A stretch of 64,000 nt of DNA from Polymyxa betae A26-41 (Eukaryota > Protista > Endomyxa: Phytomyxea), in assembly GCA_003693705.1 (NCBI GenBank), contig RBZT01000404.1, positions 1 through 64,000 on the forward strand, in the 5' to 3' direction. Within the stretch, counting starts at the first letter, position 1. Each line of letters opens with the position of its first letter. Under the pieces are notes generated by a model that was not told the origin of the DNA, ran no database searches, and saw only the letters and a list, made by a program, of their open reading frames with translations. Of the stretch, positions 61,000-64,000 are shown piece after piece. The position numbers were made by a program, and so were the translations under genes.

Positions 61000-63609
61000 T
61001 TAACGAAGCCATTTACGACATTTTTTCTTACCACATTGACATTCGATTTCTTTCTTTGAAGCGTCGAAATTGTAATCGAGAGCTGCGAATACGATTAGTT
61101 GAGTGCCGATTGAAAAACAGGTAGCTTTACTGAGCTCTTCACCAGCGCGAATCGCCCGTCTTGTGAAAAAGCAAACTTGCGGGACTCGAGGATCTCGGTA
61201 TTGCCTTTCAATACGACATGAGAACAGGTTCGGATCGCAGCTGTGATTCACAAATCGGCTGATATTTCCGTGAGTCGTGGAATCGATTGAGAAAGCAGAT
61301 TCGCCATTCGGCAACTCGAACGCTTATGGAAAGATTCAGTTGATGAATACACAACATTGAGGGAGCCTACAATCGGTCCAGATGTAGTTCAGTTGAAGAG
61401 GGAAATAAACTTCTTTTTGAAGGCGTTGTGCCTCTGCCTCACTGATAATCTGCCCGAAATACTCGCACACAAATTGCCCAACAGGAATTGGTAGAACCGA
61501 TACGACACCGAATCCGCATTTCGCTGTCTTCACGATTTGCAATGGATATCGCGCCCTCTGCCAAACACAGTTGACACATTTTAAAAGACGTCCATCAAGT
61601 AATGGAATCCAAAACAATTCCTGCACGATAGAGCAGGAAGTGTGAAGTGCGAACACTTAGAAACCCCTCAGGGAAAAGATGCCCTACCACAGTATGAACA
61701 GCTTTCTGAATAACCCTATTTCGACAGGTCTTCGGATCGCAGAGGCATTTATGATTGCATTCAACGACATGTCCAACGCCATTGAAACTCCTAAGCGGAT
61801 CTTAAAATGAAGTGAGAAGATTACACATCGATCATACAGAGAGCCATCTGGGGAATATGTTCTGCCACCCTCCATAACACATTCACAGGTTAACGGAGAG
61901 CAGATGCCGTCTTTGCAATGGCATCCATCTAAAAAGTCGTCAGATGCATCATGCAACGATTCTGCCAGAAAGTACATAGAGCTTCTGGGTCCGGTTCCGG
62001 TGCAGACTCTGTAAAAATATTTCGATGAATAGGAATGTACCTGCAAAATTATCATTCATTGAAACAACGATCAACACAAAATAAAGGGCAACCGTGGAGG
62101 TCGGTCAGAATCAGAAATGGGGGATTCAGCAGCTAAACTCGCCTGATTTTCATCCAGAAGATTGATTGCAGCCTCAGCAGTTAATCGCTGTTCCAGTAAG
62201 TATCTAGACCTAAAGTTCAGACTTAGAACTTACGCAAACACACGAAGACTCTCTGATTACCGTCGTGATAACCATTTCAGCTCAAGTTTGGCAGTGCGTT
62301 GAACAGCGATAGTTAATCGCGAAATCTAAACCAAATTTTAGACACAGAAATTGATACATTTGAATTCCAGTAATTATGGAATTCCGAATATACAGATCAA
62401 CCTGTGCCAGGTCAAGCGGGTTCAGCTGTCCAGCTTGTTCTACAAAAGCATCAAAATGAGCCTGAAGACCACCATCCAGCGAATCTGCTTTCAGATGTCT
62501 GCTGATTAGCAATTCCTGAATAAATCGATCAGATACGTGATCACTGCAAGTTCTTTGCTCACCTCCAGCTCGACGATACAATCCTCCAGCAGATGCTCTG
62601 GTGATTTATACTTAATCACTTTAGATAGGATATCTTCAGGCCTATACAGCACGGTTTGAGGCTCGGTCGTGAGATGCATAAGAGATTCGCGATACTCATT
62701 GGATGGGTTGCAAGGAACGCGTCTCCAAAGACGAGAAACAGATTTATATGATCGAGACAGAATGCTCGCTATCGCCAACAGCAACGTATCGTCTGAGCGA
62801 AAATTCGGAACTTGACTTAAGGCGAATGGATCTAGCAAATACCTCGACGAGGATATTTGATTTTGTACTTCGTGATGAGTTCAATTTCTTCATCAGACGC
62901 ATCTCTGGAGTCAAAGATCTCTGGACCTTGCTCCTAAAGAGTACTGGTTCAACCAAGGACGAATGAAAACCCAGTAAATTGGAAGGGCCCTACACTATAC
63001 AGCTGCCGTCGATGAGCTCGGTGATTCAACCAAAAGGGTCGACTGAAATCTTCATTGGCGTCTCTTATCCAGGCAGTCAAGCCAAGATTCACTCCTCGCC
63101 ATAGTGGTGCCACTTCCCACATTTGAAATGCTTCTCTCGTTGGAACCATGCTGCTTGAACAATCGTAAATCGCTACCCGGAACAGCGGAACAGCCAACAG
63201 CTTACTAATTAGCTGAAGAAGACTTCGATGACTGAGCTCGATTGTTAGTAGAAGAATGGCTGTCTTGGCGAAGGAGCTCTGTGAATTAGTTAATAACTGA
63301 TTTCAAAGTATAGGCAATAATTAATAGAATAATGATTGTTGTTGGAACAAACAGAAATTAATTCGCCCCACTCTGTCGTGAGTCCGGCCAGAACTTTTCA
63401 TCATCGAAGGAAATCGATTTCGAGCTGAGATCGGAATGTCTGGAGCCAGGTCAATGCTGATAAATGATTGTATATAGCAATTACAAAAGCAGACTCTGAA
63501 GTTCAGCGACATTGTAGGTGACATTATCTTGCTGCCCAAATGGAAAGAATCGCACCGGCTCGAGTTTATCTGTTCCAATCATCGGATAGCTGGGCGGATC
63601 GGGCGCCAT
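61000..63609 (-). CDS. Pre-SET/SET/post-SET histone lysine methyltransferase (SUV39/EHMT-like, likely H3K9) with a long unrecognised N-terminus
   Basis: Pre-SET GCHC...C...CEC...ECNHKCLC; KTAKCGFGV...GQFVCEYFGQII; IDSTTHGNISRFVNHSCDPNL; EELTLDY; post-SET CQCGKKKCRKWL. The start at 63609 is inferred. Confidence 0.85.
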
Positions 63610-64000
63610 AGAAGTCCAACGAAAAGATAAGCGACCCTTTGTTCAATCAGCATAACGGCACTCAAGCATACAGTGTTCGATAAGAATTAAAGCAAATGTG
63701 GTAACAATCGCAGAAAAACGTGAATAAACTTACAGCATCTTTATATTGAGATCCAAGCTCAGAAAACTGAGATCCATCTGTATCAAGAAATTCTCTATCA
63801 CGCCTTCTCTAAAAAAAAGAATTCCAAATTAGTGAACTTAGTTACTGATTTCAAAAATAAGATTCAATCGTAAATTGTAAACACAGCACCGAGCAATGAC
63901 CAATTACCCGTTTCGTTTGGATCATGCTATTGGGCCTAGAGAGACTGGACTGTTGATCTGCACATTTAGCCAGAATTGTATGTCGCTATGGTATGAGCGA

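Overview
Gene-dense eukaryotic (protist-type) genomic DNA with many short (~45-60 nt) GT-AG spliceosomal introns, so the ORF track fragments most genes. Compactness and gene content suggest a phytomyxid/rhizarian-like protist, but that is an impression I cannot verify. About 25 protein-coding genes can be reconstructed by eye. Clearly recognisable ones are ZSWIM2-like, VPS33, PSMA7, MTHFS, RBBP5/SWD1, PabAB/ADC synthase, ELF1, VPS25, a SUV39-type SET methyltransferase, a PRRC2/BAT2_N protein and an RS2Z-type SR protein. The most unusual locus (25210-27368, minus) encodes a ~702-aa fusion: a HOP/STI1-type TPR domain with an intact carboxylate clamp, joined to a lid-truncated, EEVD-less Hsp70 ending in ...LDDEL. 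Three further genes carry actin-related modules: a CH-CH/coiled-coil/PH/LRR protein, a motor-less myosin-TH1 protein and an orphan protein with a CapZIP/FAM21-like CPI motif. There are also two apparent pseudoenzymes (calpain, TTLL), a tRNA-Arg(TCG)-like gene with a badly mispaired acceptor stem, a structured intron able to sequester its own 5' splice site, a Harbinger-type Myb relic and an AT-rich compositional island. Exon boundaries and family calls were made by eye, without database searches.
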